NCBI GenBank assembly: GCA_963797095.1
Contig: CAWCNY010000006.1
Location: 160,001 to 224,000 of the forward strand
From: an uncultured Chloroflexia bacterium
Lineage (GTDB): Bacteria > Chloroflexota > Chloroflexia > QHBQ01 > JADMIH01
Direction: 5' to 3'
DNA length: 64,000 nucleotides
The position numbers were made by a program, and so were the translations under genes. Each line of letters opens with the position of its first letter. Positions within the stretch are counted from its first letter, which is position 1. The notes beneath the pieces are model-generated. The model did no database searches and was not told where the DNA came from. It saw only the letters and a list, made by a program, of their open reading frames with translations. Below are positions 1 to 8,949 of the stretch, in pieces.

Positions 1-2
1 GG

Positions 3-287
3 GCGCGGGTGCGCGAGCGGCTTGGCTGGGCAACAGCGCCTGAAACGGTGGCGGTAGCTCAGATCCCGCCAGTGCCCGGCCCGTATCCGACTGCCGCCCC
101 GGTTGGCCCTACGGCAACCCCGGTTCCGGCGGGACAGGGTGGGGCAATCCAGCAGTTTGACCGTGGGATGATGGTCTATGCTGGCCCTGTGCTGAAGAAG
201 ATCTTCGTTCTGTACAACGATAATGGATACGGCTACTACGATATCAAGAAGTGGGCTGTGTTCGACGATACGTTCACTGGACCGTAG
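3..287 (+). CDS. C-terminal part of a secreted/surface protein (Chloroflexota QxFxxGxM repeat type), partial at window edge
   Basis: Open frame from the window start; RERLGWATAPE and QQFDRGMM motifs with a Pro/Thr linker. Confidence 0.65.
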   Translation, partial: ARVRERLGWATAPETVAVAQIPPVPGPYPTAAPVGPTATPVPAGQGGAIQQFDRGMMVYAGPVLKKIFVLYNDNGYGYYDIKKWAVFDDTFTGP

Positions 288-361
288 GGGAGGGGCTTTT
301 TAGAACCAGATTGCACTCATTTGCTACTGACACCCTCTGTCAGGTAATGGACTTAAAAGCA

Positions 362-402
362 AAGATCGGCGGACCCCTGTGAGGTGATCTGCCGATCCTT
401 TT
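362..402. terminator. Probable bidirectional intrinsic terminator between convergent CDS and tmRNA
   Basis: GATCGGCGGA...TCTGCCGATC hairpin with an A-run on the left and a T-run on the right. Confidence 0.65.
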
Positions 403-749
403 TGGTGGAGCTGAGGAGATTCGAACTCCTGTCTAGAGAGCTCAGCCAGAGATATACTACAAGCTTATTCTGCGTTTTGAGTTTCGCTCATCGTCCCTCC
501 ACAGACGGAGTGGCGAATTGCTATCCTGCTGGTCTTAGACCGCCCTCAACAGGCATCGGAGCGGTAGCGCCCTGGTCTGTGTCGCCCGGGTCCCGCCACC
601 CAGGGTTAGGCGGGTCGGACGTCGCCACTAGGCAGCAGCGAGTGCGTAATTCTTGTTGCCGTTTATGGCTTTGTCCCCAGTTTAACGAGGCAAGGACACC
701 TCGGCTTGCAATCTCTTAACTTCCTTCCCTATCGAAACCATTCAGCCCC
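403..749 (-). ncRNA. ssrA: tmRNA; predicted tag (A)GNKNYALAAA*
   Basis: 5' GGGGCTGAATGGTTTCGA, 3' T-arm GGAGTTCGAATCTCC and CAGCTCCACCA end, internal tag frame ending ALAAA-TAG, directly downstream of smpB. Confidence 0.96.
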
Positions 750-794
750 ATGTGGTTATTGAGTACTTTGTACTGCTTATGTATGTAGTACGCA

Positions 795-1301
795 TTACTC
801 TTCGTAACGGTTGCGCTCGCGGAGTGCCCGCGCCACTTCTCGGTCGGCGTCGCGCTCGGCCAGGGCATCGCGTTTGTCGTAGAGCTTCTTGCCCCTGGCT
901 ACTGCCAGTTCAAGCTTGGCGCGCCCTCGCGTGAAGTGTATGTTGAGCGGAACCAGAGTTAGACCTTTCTGCTCCACTTTGCTCCTGAGATAGTCGATCT
1001 CGTTGCGGTGAAGCAGCAGCTTGCGCCTGCGCATCGGCTCGTGGTTGAAGTGGGTGCCTGCCTGCGGCCAGGTGGAGATGTGTGCATTGAGCAGCCACGC
1101 CTCCCCGCCTTCGACCCTCACGTATGCCTCGCCGATGTTGGCTCGCCCGGCCCTCACACTCTTGATCTCGGAGCCTACCAGGGCGATTCCCGCCTCGATG
1201 GTCTCTTCGATTGAGTAGTTGTGCCGCGCCTTGCGATTGTCGATCAAGGGAGCATTTCCCCTGCCTCCATCGCTTTTGCGAGCGCCCTGCCTGTTGGTCA
1301 T
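795..1301 (-). CDS. smpB: SsrA-binding protein SmpB
   Basis: NRKARHNY, EAGIALVGSEIKS, RRKLLLHRNEI and GKKLYDKR motifs. Confidence 0.97.
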   Translation of the reverse strand: MTNRQGARKSDGGRGNAPLIDNRKARHNYSIEETIEAGIALVGSEIKSVRAGRANIGEAYVRVEGGEAWLLNAHISTWPQAGTHFNHEPMRRRKLLLHRNEIDYLRSKVEQKGLTLVPLNIHFTRGRAKLELAVARGKKLYDKRDALAERDADREVARALRERNRYEE

Positions 1302-1323
1302 ACATATATATTATACCAAAAAC

Positions 1324-2316
1324 CTACTTCTTCATCACCTTCATCACGTCCTCCGCGAAGTGTTGCAAGGTATCGAGCCGCGTGAGGTCGTTGCGGAAGT
1401 AGATCACGAAATAGTCTATGCCCGCGTCCCTGATCTGCTCCAGGTGATCAACCGTTTCCGCCGCCGTGCCTGTGAACATCCTTTCCTTGTACTCCTCTAG
1501 CCCGATGTCTCGACCCTGAGCTTTGGACATCTTAGCCCTCATATCTGCGGAAGCCTGTTCGGGTGTTTCGCCGGGTCCGACAAGGGTTACAAAGACGTGG
1601 GCCGTCTTGAGTATGGAGTCGTAATCGCGCCCGAGTGTCTCGCAGTGCTCGCGTAGAGCCGCTACTTTCCTTGCATACTCCTGCGGGTGGCGCACAGATA
1701 TATTGCAGGCGTCGCCCCATTTCGCCACCAGCTTGAGGGTTACACGCTCGCCGCTTCCGCCTATCCAGAGGGGGATGTGGGGCTTTTGCACCCCTTTCGG
1801 CTCGTTGATCGCGCCTTCTACCCGGTAGTACTTGCCCTCGAAGGTGGCATACGGCTCGGTCCACATGGCCCTGATTATCTGCAAAGCCTCGTTGAGCATG
1901 CGCAGGCGCTCAGGGCCATCGGGGAAATCGTAGCCGAATGCTTTGAACTCTTCTTCGTACCAGCCTGCACCGATGCCGAAGTCTAGTCTACCGTGGCTCA
2001 TAACATCTACGGTTGATGCCATCTTCGCCAGCAGGGCGGGGTTGCGGTAGTTGTTGCAGGTGACCATCTGGCCGATGCGGATTCGGGTGGTGTCTCGCGC
2101 CAGCCCTGCGGTCGCCATCCAGCATTCGAAGGTCGTTTCCAACTCCTGGGTGGGGACGGTGTGGAAGTGGTCGTATACCCACACCGAATCGTAGTCGAGA
2201 CGCTCCGCCTCCTGGGCGAAGTGCGTCATCCACTCGTACTTTTCAATAGGATCAGCTATCTTTACCAGGTCCAACCGCCAACCTTGCGGAGTGATAACAC
2301 CAAACTTGGGAACCAT
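1324..2316 (-). CDS. LLM-class (luciferase-like) probably F420-dependent oxidoreductase
   Basis: WVYDHF, YRNPALLAKMASTVD, GIGAGW and PLWIGGSGE motifs. Confidence 0.9.
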   Translation of the reverse strand: MVPKFGVITPQGWRLDLVKIADPIEKYEWMTHFAQEAERLDYDSVWVYDHFHTVPTQELETTFECWMATAGLARDTTRIRIGQMVTCNNYRNPALLAKMASTVDVMSHGRLDFGIGAGWYEEEFKAFGYDFPDGPERLRMLNEALQIIRAMWTEPYATFEGKYYRVEGAINEPKGVQKPHIPLWIGGSGERVTLKLVAKWGDACNISVRHPQEYARKVAALREHCETLGRDYDSILKTAHVFVTLVGPGETPEQASADMRAKMSKAQGRDIGLEEYKERMFTGTAAETVDHLEQIRDAGIDYFVIYFRNDLTRLDTLQHFAEDVMKVMKK

Positions 2317-2375
2317 TACACTCTCCTTGCTATTCTGATCAGGCTTTCTTCACGATAAAAGAAGCGACATACCAT

Positions 2376-3707
2376 TTAGACCTTCTGTTTTACAATGGGT
2401 GCTCGACGCGATGCTATTTGCTTTGCCCAGTACAGCACCACCCATGCCATGAACAGTGCCACAGCGATCCCGGTCGCGGGAAGCGCTGCCAGCACTACCT
2501 CACCGGGAGACGCCACCTGCAACCCGATTCCCCAGTTGTTCACCAGACCGGCAGGTGCAGCCACACCGCCTGCCATAGCATCCACAGCAGGTTGTGCTAC
2601 CCATTCCACGGTCCATTGTGGGTAGATTGCGCTTATCCCCAGTAGAACCAGCGTTGCAGTTGCGACCGTTCCGGCTCTATCCTGCTCACCTCCTTTCGTT
2701 GCCCATTGTGCAAGACCTGCCACGAATATTATGATGGGTAGCCCCGCAACACCTGGCAAGCCATAACCTGCCGCCAGCGCCCCGTGGGAGAGCAGCCAAA
2801 GCCCTGCCAAACTCCCAGCCACCACTACAGCGCCAAAATATGAATTCCAATTAGGGTGGTGCCCCATTGCAGCGAGGACCGCAGCCAATGACAGCACCAG
2901 CACAGCCCCTAATCCTGCTACGGGGGATAGGGTTGCCAATCCGAAGGCCGCGACGCTCAGTCCAGCGAATACTTGCCCAGGAGTGGCCTTCCACCCACTG
3001 GTGCTTACGGTCACCCAGGCGATTGCGAGCAGTGCCACCATTCCCATTAGTGCCAGCGTCCATGTGCCCCAGGCATCCCAGCGACCACCGACGAGCATCT
3101 TCGACAATATGAAAGGCGCACCGGCTCCATACAGCGCCATCAAGCCTGGAGATTTGCCATCGCTCCACGCGGTTGAAAGCCCCAGCTGCACAAGAACTGC
3201 AATGCCTATGAGGAGGGTTGCTATCAGAGGCCATTCCCGCAGCGCCCCCCCCGCAGGAGGCGCGAATGGCCCTAGCCATCCGATTGCTGCCACCAACACG
3301 AGAAGCCCGGGTCCGTGCACCATGATGGCGAGCTTCAATCTCTCACGGCTGTTGGTTATTCCGGGGCCCAGCCATAATGCAAGCCCTGCTAGTTCCCAAC
3401 TCGCGACAAATATGAGAGGATCTCGCGAGTAAGCCATCCCTAGCAAGCCCAATAGTATCAAGCTGCTGAGTAGTCCCCGATCCTTCGCATCTGCACCCGA
3501 CCCAAAAATCAGGCCCGCCAGCGCCAGGCTCCAGATGACCCCGAATATGAGAGATAGGCCGTCAACCCTGAGCAGGATCGGCCCGCCATTCCAAAAGGCG
3601 ACATCTACAGCCTGGTTCCCTGCGATGAGAGGCAGGAAGAAGATCAACTGCAAGGCGGCTATCACCAGAATAATGCCGCTAATAACAAGAGGCACGACTT
3701 TTGTCAT
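2376..3707 (-). CDS. Polytopic membrane protein, divergent proton-conducting antiporter-subunit-like (MrpD/NuoM/N-type)
   Basis: About 12-14 hydrophobic segments; LRVDGLS and D(P)LIFVASWEL resemble the N-terminal antiporter motifs. Confidence 0.55.
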   Translation of the reverse strand: MTKVVPLVISGIILVIAALQLIFFLPLIAGNQAVDVAFWNGGPILLRVDGLSLIFGVIWSLALAGLIFGSGADAKDRGLLSSLILLGLLGMAYSRDPLIFVASWELAGLALWLGPGITNSRERLKLAIMVHGPGLLVLVAAIGWLGPFAPPAGGALREWPLIATLLIGIAVLVQLGLSTAWSDGKSPGLMALYGAGAPFILSKMLVGGRWDAWGTWTLALMGMVALLAIAWVTVSTSGWKATPGQVFAGLSVAAFGLATLSPVAGLGAVLVLSLAAVLAAMGHHPNWNSYFGAVVVAGSLAGLWLLSHGALAAGYGLPGVAGLPIIIFVAGLAQWATKGGEQDRAGTVATATLVLLGISAIYPQWTVEWVAQPAVDAMAGGVAAPAGLVNNWGIGLQVASPGEVVLAALPATGIAVALFMAWVVLYWAKQIASRRAPIVKQKV

Positions 3708-3730
3708 GCCTTCATTATGCCATAGATGCC

Positions 3731-3953
3731 GGTGGTCGGTGGTCGGTGGTCGGTGGTCGGTGGTCGGTGGTCGGTGGTCGGTGGTCGGTGGTCGGTGGTC
3801 GGTGGTCGGTGGTCGGTGGTCGGTGGTCGGTGGTCGGTGGTCGGTGGTCGGTGGTCGGTGGTCGGTGGTCGGTGGTCGGTGGTCGGTGGTCGGTGGTCGG
3901 TGGTCGGTGGTCGGTGGTCGGTGGTCGGTGGTCGGTGGTCGGTGGTCGGTGGT
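3731..3953. repeat. Perfect heptamer tandem repeat (GGTGGTC)x31 plus a partial unit
   Basis: Read directly; intergenic between the EamA gene and the membrane-protein gene. Confidence 0.98.
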
Positions 3954-3978
3954 GAGGTTGGTAGATTATGCCTGCGTT

Positions 3979-4941
3979 TTACTTGTTTCTTGCGAGCACT
4001 ACGATAGCTACCCCCAGCAGAATAACCGGCATAGCTACCAACCCAACCCGGGTTACTGTCTCGCCACCCAAACCGACGCCGAGGGCCACCGCCACCACGG
4101 GGTTCACATACGCGTAGCTCGTCGCCAGGGAAGGGCGCACTTTCTGAAGCAAATAGCTGTAGGCACTGAAAGCCACAATCGACCCGAATACTACGAGATA
4201 CAGGAAAGCCAATGCTGAGTCTAGATCCGGCATTGTTGTGAGCAACTCGCCGCTGACCAGCCCTAGCAGGAATAGCGCAGTTCCACCGCCTATCATCTCG
4301 GTCGCGCTTGCCATCATGCCCTTCGGCAGCGGCAAGTACCGGCTCCATACCGACCCCAAAGCCCAGCTAGCCGTAGCAAACAGCAGGGCTAGCGCGGCCC
4401 AGGGGTTGGCTTGCATATCGCCTTCAAGATTGAGCAGCGCCACGCCACCGAACCCCAGGAGCAACCCGACCCACTCGATCCTGCCGGGCCAGCGACCCCA
4501 CAGACCGGCAAACAACGCGGCGAAAATAGGAACTATTGCTACGGCAAGCGCTGCCAATCCCGATGCCACCCACTGCTCGGCGAATGTCACAAGCCCGTTG
4601 CCACCCAGGAGCAAGAGACACCCCACCAGCGTTGCCGCTCCCCATTGCTTGAGACTCGGCCATGCCTCGCCACGTAGCTTGACATACGCAAGTAGGAGCG
4701 ACCCGCCCAGTAGGAAGCGAGACCCAGCCATCAAGAAAGGCGGAATACCGCCAATCGCTATACGTATGGCAAAGTAGGTCGATCCCCAGATCACATAAAT
4801 AGCGAGCAGCGCGAGTGCGACCCCCAGATTGTTGTTTGACAAACCTCGCGTCTTTTCGGCTTCGTGTGCCTGTGCTCGCGCTCTGATCTCAACAGGTGTG
4901 GCAGCGGGTGCCACCGTTCCCATCCCGGCTCTGGCGCTCAT
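3979..4941 (-). CDS. EamA/DMT family transporter (YedA-like)
   Basis: YVIWGSTYFAI, YLVVFGSIVAFSAY and SYAYVNPVVAV motifs, about 10 TM; start could also be GTG at 4977. Confidence 0.92.
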   Translation of the reverse strand: MSARAGMGTVAPAATPVEIRARAQAHEAEKTRGLSNNNLGVALALLAIYVIWGSTYFAIRIAIGGIPPFLMAGSRFLLGGSLLLAYVKLRGEAWPSLKQWGAATLVGCLLLLGGNGLVTFAEQWVASGLAALAVAIVPIFAALFAGLWGRWPGRIEWVGLLLGFGGVALLNLEGDMQANPWAALALLFATASWALGSVWSRYLPLPKGMMASATEMIGGGTALFLLGLVSGELLTTMPDLDSALAFLYLVVFGSIVAFSAYSYLLQKVRPSLATSYAYVNPVVAVALGVGLGGETVTRVGLVAMPVILLGVAIVVLARNK

Positions 4942-5051
4942 AAGCTTCTTATCTCCAGACTGCCCCGGCCCAACCACTCAACTGTTCGTTCCGGAACCCG
5001 GTAGCTGTTAAACGCAGTAGGAGCTAATCCGGTAGGATCAACCCCTACATT

Positions 5052-5109
5052 TATTGTAAATATTAGCTGCGTTTGTTAGCTATTGTAAATATTAGCTGCG
5101 TTTGTTAGC
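5052..5109. repeat. 29-bp tandem duplication TATTGTAAATATTAGCTGCGTTTGTTAGC x2
   Basis: Read directly, upstream of the EamA gene. Confidence 0.9.
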
Positions 5110-5150
5110 AGCAATACTCGCGAGACTAACGGTTCTTATCAAGCAGCGTC

Positions 5151-5285
5151 TTACGCTACCTTGCCGTACCACTCTTTGCGGCGTTCCCATTCGGGGCTAT
5201 CAAGCCCTTCCCGGCTATCCGCACCCCATATCCATGCAGCTACGGCCAGCGCCAGCACCATTGCAATAAAGACGATCAATTCCAC
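5151..5285 (-). CDS. 44-aa single-TM small protein (MELIVFIAMVLALAVAAWIWGADSREGLDSPEWERRKEWYGKVA)
   Basis: GGGAGG RBS before GTG, hydrophobic helix, WGADSR motif; below the ORF-track length cutoff. Confidence 0.75.
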   Translation of the reverse strand: MELIVFIAMVLALAVAAWIWGADSREGLDSPEWERRKEWYGKVA

Positions 5286-5422
5286 TTTGAGCCTCCCTTC
5301 GAGACAACCGCCAACTTCCTACTAGCGTTTATCTCTTTCTACTTATATAATACAAGGTGAAACGGCAAATTTGAATACATACATAGAAGTATTTAGTACT
5401 CCTGACTTTGGAGTAGAAGGTA

Positions 5423-5905
5423 GTGGGACCTATGTACTATCAACTTGAAAGTGTACTGGATGCCACTGGTTGGCAGATTCTTGAGGCCCTCCAGGAGGAT
5501 GCGCGCATCTCATTTACCGAGCTTGGAAAGCGTGTCGGCATGTCTCCACCCGCTGTGGCCGAGCGCGTGCGCCGCCTTGAGGAGTGCGGCATTATCACCG
5601 GTTATAGCGCCCAGGTGAACCTGGAAAAGGCGGGCTTTCCGATCACTGCTTTCATACGCCTCAACGCCGGTGAAGACTGCCAGGGGATGGGCACTACCCT
5701 CGCCCACAATATCCCTGAGATGCTTGAATGCTACCGAGTCACCGGGACCGACGACTACATCATGAAAATAACCTCTGCCTCCGTCGCCGCTCTTGAAGAC
5801 TTGATCGACCGGGTGGCGAGCTATGGTTCCTGTATAACCTCCCTGGTGCTCTCTACTCCGCTGCACGGGCGCATCATTCGCAGGGGCCTGGGGCAGGAAT
5901 CCTGA
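5423..5905 (+). CDS. Lrp/AsnC family transcriptional regulator
   Basis: LQEDARISFTELGKRVGMSPPAVAERVRRLE HTH and ECYRVTGTDDY; divergent from the EamA unit. Confidence 0.95.
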   Translation: MGPMYYQLESVLDATGWQILEALQEDARISFTELGKRVGMSPPAVAERVRRLEECGIITGYSAQVNLEKAGFPITAFIRLNAGEDCQGMGTTLAHNIPEMLECYRVTGTDDYIMKITSASVAALEDLIDRVASYGSCITSLVLSTPLHGRIIRRGLGQES

Positions 5906-5963
5906 ACCCTGGACTTGAAGGGTCGTAGTTCGTTCCTCCAGGTCCAGGGTTCGGACTCGAAGA

Positions 5964-7074
5964 TCAGCTGAAGCTTTCTCCTTCGCGGGTAAGCAAAGCC
6001 TGCTTGCGCTCGACGCCCCACTTGTAGCCGCCCAGCGAACCGTCCTCGCGCACTACCCTGTGGCAGGGTATCACGAGTGCCACATGATTGGCCCCACATG
6101 CTTGCGCAACCGCGCGTACCGCCTTCGGATTGCCCACCGCCTCTGCTACCTGTGAGTAAGAGCGCGTGCTTCCGTAGGGTATGCCACGGATGACGCTCCA
6201 TACACTCTCCTGGAACGGCGTGCCGTGTATGTCCAGGGGCAGGCTGCTGTCGAGATAAGGCTTTCGTTCATCGATCTGGCACAGAATGGGTTGCGCCCAC
6301 TTCGCCATTTTCGCATCGTCTCTTTCGATGTGAGCAGCTGGGTACTCGGCGCGCAGGCTTGCGGCCAACGCTTCGTCCGAATCGCCCAGTTGCACCGCGC
6401 ACAGCCCACGCTCGGTTGCTGCTACCAACACTTTTCCCAGCGCGCTTTTTGCTATCGTATATCGCACGTCCATCCCTGAACCTCCCTGCCGGTATGCTCC
6501 GGGCGTCATCCCCATTTGTGTTCCGGCGTTCCCGTAGAGGTGGTTCGCCGACCCATAACCTGCGTCGTACATCGCCTCAGTCACGTTATCTCCTTCACGG
6601 AGGCTTGTCTTCAGTCGCTCCAATCGCAATGCCGCCGTATACTGGCGGGGCGTAACGCCCATTACTCGCTTGAACACACGCTGCAAGTGGTAGGGGCTGA
6701 TTCCTATGGCATCACCAAGCGCCTGAAGTGTGATTACGTCGCCCGCGCCCTCGTCCAGGCTCGCCTCGATCAAGCGGCTGACCTTCTCCGCTATTTCCAT
6801 CCCCGGCTCCGGCTTGAACTCGTCGGTTTGGGTGGCATCGCAGGCAAGCCCGGAAGCCTTTGGCCTCGGCCTCCTCCGGTCTGGCGAAAAAGAGCACTTG
6901 CTCTCGCCTGGGCCGCCTGGATGGGCAGCCTGGCCTGCAGTAGACGCCCGTCGAGCGCACCGCATACACGAATTGTCCATCCATGGCGATCTCTCTATCT
7001 AGCACGGCTTGCCAATATTTGCCTTCGTCCATCTTGCTCTCCGTTTTATTTTCCGCAGCCTCTAGCTCTCTCAT
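5964..7074 (-). pseudogene. ada: Ada bifunctional regulator / O6-methylguanine-DNA methyltransferase, with a +1 frameshift near 6825
   Basis: Zn domain (STGVYCRPGCPSR...FRACLRCHP) in one frame; AraC HTH and IPCHRV active site in another. Confidence 0.9.
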
Positions 7075-7270
7075 GTATCCATAATAGTGCATCCAACGTT
7101 TCTGGCGCTATCCGATTCTTGCGCTTCAAACTTGTGTTGCACGTGGATCATGAAGGATTTGTTTGTCGGGGAATACGAAGGAACGTAAGTGGTGCGAACG
7201 GCACTCACAATTGGCGATGGTATTGCATAAGGATTGTGAGCCGCAGTCATCGCGGAGTGCTTGTTCTTAC

Positions 7271-7351
7271 GCCCCTACGGGGCTATGGCATTTTCCTGGG
7301 CTTTACCGCAGGGCTTACGCCCTGGGCTACTCTCTTACGTCCCTACGGGAC
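7271..7351. repeat. REP/REPIN-like palindrome cluster
   Basis: Three hairpins: GCCCCTACGGGGC, CAGGGCTTACGCCCTG, GTCCCTACGGGAC. Confidence 0.7.
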
Positions 7352-7457
7352 TAAATGGGATGGGGATGGCGTACGAGCAGGATACCATTAAGAGTGTCCG
7401 CACCTGGGCCATCTCGGTGGATTTATACGGCAGCATTGCCCCTTGTGGGTGCCCCTA

Positions 7458-7525
7458 CTGTACCAAAGTACACCCCCAAAACGTGTCCCGTTTTGCCCCA
7501 CCAATGGCTCTTAGTTAATGAGGGT
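7458..7525. repeat. Dispersed ~60-bp repeat, copy 1 (inverted copy at about 29403-29468)
   Basis: CTGTACCAAAGTACACCCC(C)AAAAC.TGTCC.GTTTTGCCC.ACCAATG.CTC.TAGT shared by both copies. Confidence 0.85.
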
Positions 7526-7632
7526 GCTAGTATGAGGTTGGTAGCGTAGACCCAGTCGCCTTCTGCCCCCACCAATGGCTCTTCGTTGATTAGGGCAATA
7601 GTGTTGTTCGCTAGTGGGTCACTACAGGTTTG

Positions 7633-8667
7633 CTAAGGGGTGAGGATGTCGGAAACGGTGACTACGCTGTAGCCCATTTCTTGTAGCTTGTCGAGGATGC
7701 GTGGCAAGGCTTCGGCTGACGCCTGTGAGCCGAAGTGCTGGAGAATGATCGCGCCGTCGAGGTTGAAATTGGGGGTGTTAGTCACTCTGTTGAAGATGAA
7801 ATCGGGTGTTTTCGGCTCACCCACCGAGTTGAGGGAATCAAGCGTCCAGTAGATCGACCTGTAGCCTTGCGCTACCGTTACGTTCAGCACATGGTTGTTG
7901 CGCGATCCGTATGGGGGTCTCCAGTAGGGCTTGGTGGTTACTCCGGTCAAGTTGTAGAGGATCCTTTCTGTGCGGGCCAACTCGTTTGTAAGTTCGTCGT
8001 CGGTGAGGGTGAGCGAATCGCGGTGTGAGTAGGTGTGGTTGGCGATCTCATGCCCATCCGCAACCGCTTGCTTTACACCCTCAGGGTACTGCTCCGCGAA
8101 CTTACCTGTGAAGAACATCGTAATATGTATGTTCCTCTGTCTTAGCGCGGCCAACACGGAGGGCATAGCGTCGTCTGGGCCGCCGGCATCGAAGGTAAGA
8201 GCAACACGCTTCTTCCCAGGATAGCCCCTGACAACCTCACTCCAACCGCCTGCGGGCGCAGGCTCTGCCGTGGGGGTTGGTGCGAGGGGCCTGGTCGCGG
8301 TCGGGGTCGCAATCTCTATCTCTTCTTCAGCGGTCGCAGTTGGTTCTACTAACGCCTGTGTGGGTTGGGGTGTGGCGACTGCCTCAGGTGTGTTGGTTGG
8401 CTCTTCGATGAAGGTTGGGGTTGGCGCAGGCGTATCGGTGGCGGTGGGCGTGGCGGTGCTTGTCGGCGTGGAGGTGGGTGGCAACTCGGTTGGCGATGGC
8501 GGGACTATGGTAGCCGTGTCTGTAAGGAGCGGCGTGTCGGTTGGGGTGGGGTTGGGCGTGGATGTGGGTGCAATTTCAGTAGGTGTGGGCAAGGCGCTCA
8601 CATTGCACCCCCAGGAAATAACCAGCAATCCGAACAGCAGCAAGACGATGGCGGCAACGCGTTTCAT
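7633..8667 (-). CDS. Polysaccharide deacetylase (NodB/CE4) lipoprotein with Pro/Thr linker
   Basis: Lipobox-like ISWGC; ALTFDAG, HEIANHTYSH, WRPPYG and GAIILQH motifs. Confidence 0.92.
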   Translation of the reverse strand: MKRVAAIVLLLFGLLVISWGCNVSALPTPTEIAPTSTPNPTPTDTPLLTDTATIVPPSPTELPPTSTPTSTATPTATDTPAPTPTFIEEPTNTPEAVATPQPTQALVEPTATAEEEIEIATPTATRPLAPTPTAEPAPAGGWSEVVRGYPGKKRVALTFDAGGPDDAMPSVLAALRQRNIHITMFFTGKFAEQYPEGVKQAVADGHEIANHTYSHRDSLTLTDDELTNELARTERILYNLTGVTTKPYWRPPYGSRNNHVLNVTVAQGYRSIYWTLDSLNSVGEPKTPDFIFNRVTNTPNFNLDGAIILQHFGSQASAEALPRILDKLQEMGYSVVTVSDILTP

Positions 8668-8718
8668 GGCCGGATGATAGCACACCCTACCCTGTGGAAA
8701 GCCTGTTCATAAATGGCG

Positions 8719-8742
8719 GAAGCGGCCCAAAAGGACCGCTTC
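8719..8742. terminator. Hairpin downstream of tRNA-Val
   Basis: GAAGCGG-CC...GG-CCGCTTC stem; T-tract is weak. Confidence 0.45.
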
Positions 8743-8747
8743 GTAAG

Positions 8748-8821
8748 TGGGTATGATAGGACTCGAACCTATGACCTTTCGGATGTGAACCGAACGCTCT
8801 AACCGACTGAGCTACACACCC
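8748..8821 (-). tRNA. tRNA-Val(CAC), CCA not encoded
   Basis: GGGTGTGTAGCTCAGTCGGTTAGAGCG, anticodon arm TTCGG-TTCACAT-CCGAA, GGTTCGAGTCC T-arm. Confidence 0.96.
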
Positions 8822-8949
8822 GTGCCCCACATTATAACAACTGCCTACCCGGTTTGCAAGCCGGAGAAATCGAACTAACGGAGAGGATCAGGGAGACCTT
8901 TGAACGGCGGCAGGCAGCTTGGCTTGCGCTCTCTGCCAATCTATGGGGT

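Noticed and set aside
3535-4348. ORFs with WSVVGGR / PPTTDHR repeats
   Set aside because: They are translations of the stop-free heptamer array and overlap real genes
6820-6835. C CCA AAC slippery site for programmed -1 frameshifting in ada
   Set aside because: Joining the domains requires the +1 frame, not -1
403-8821. tmRNA or tRNA-Val as an island integration site
   Set aside because: No adjacent integrase and no duplicated 3' end noticed in the window
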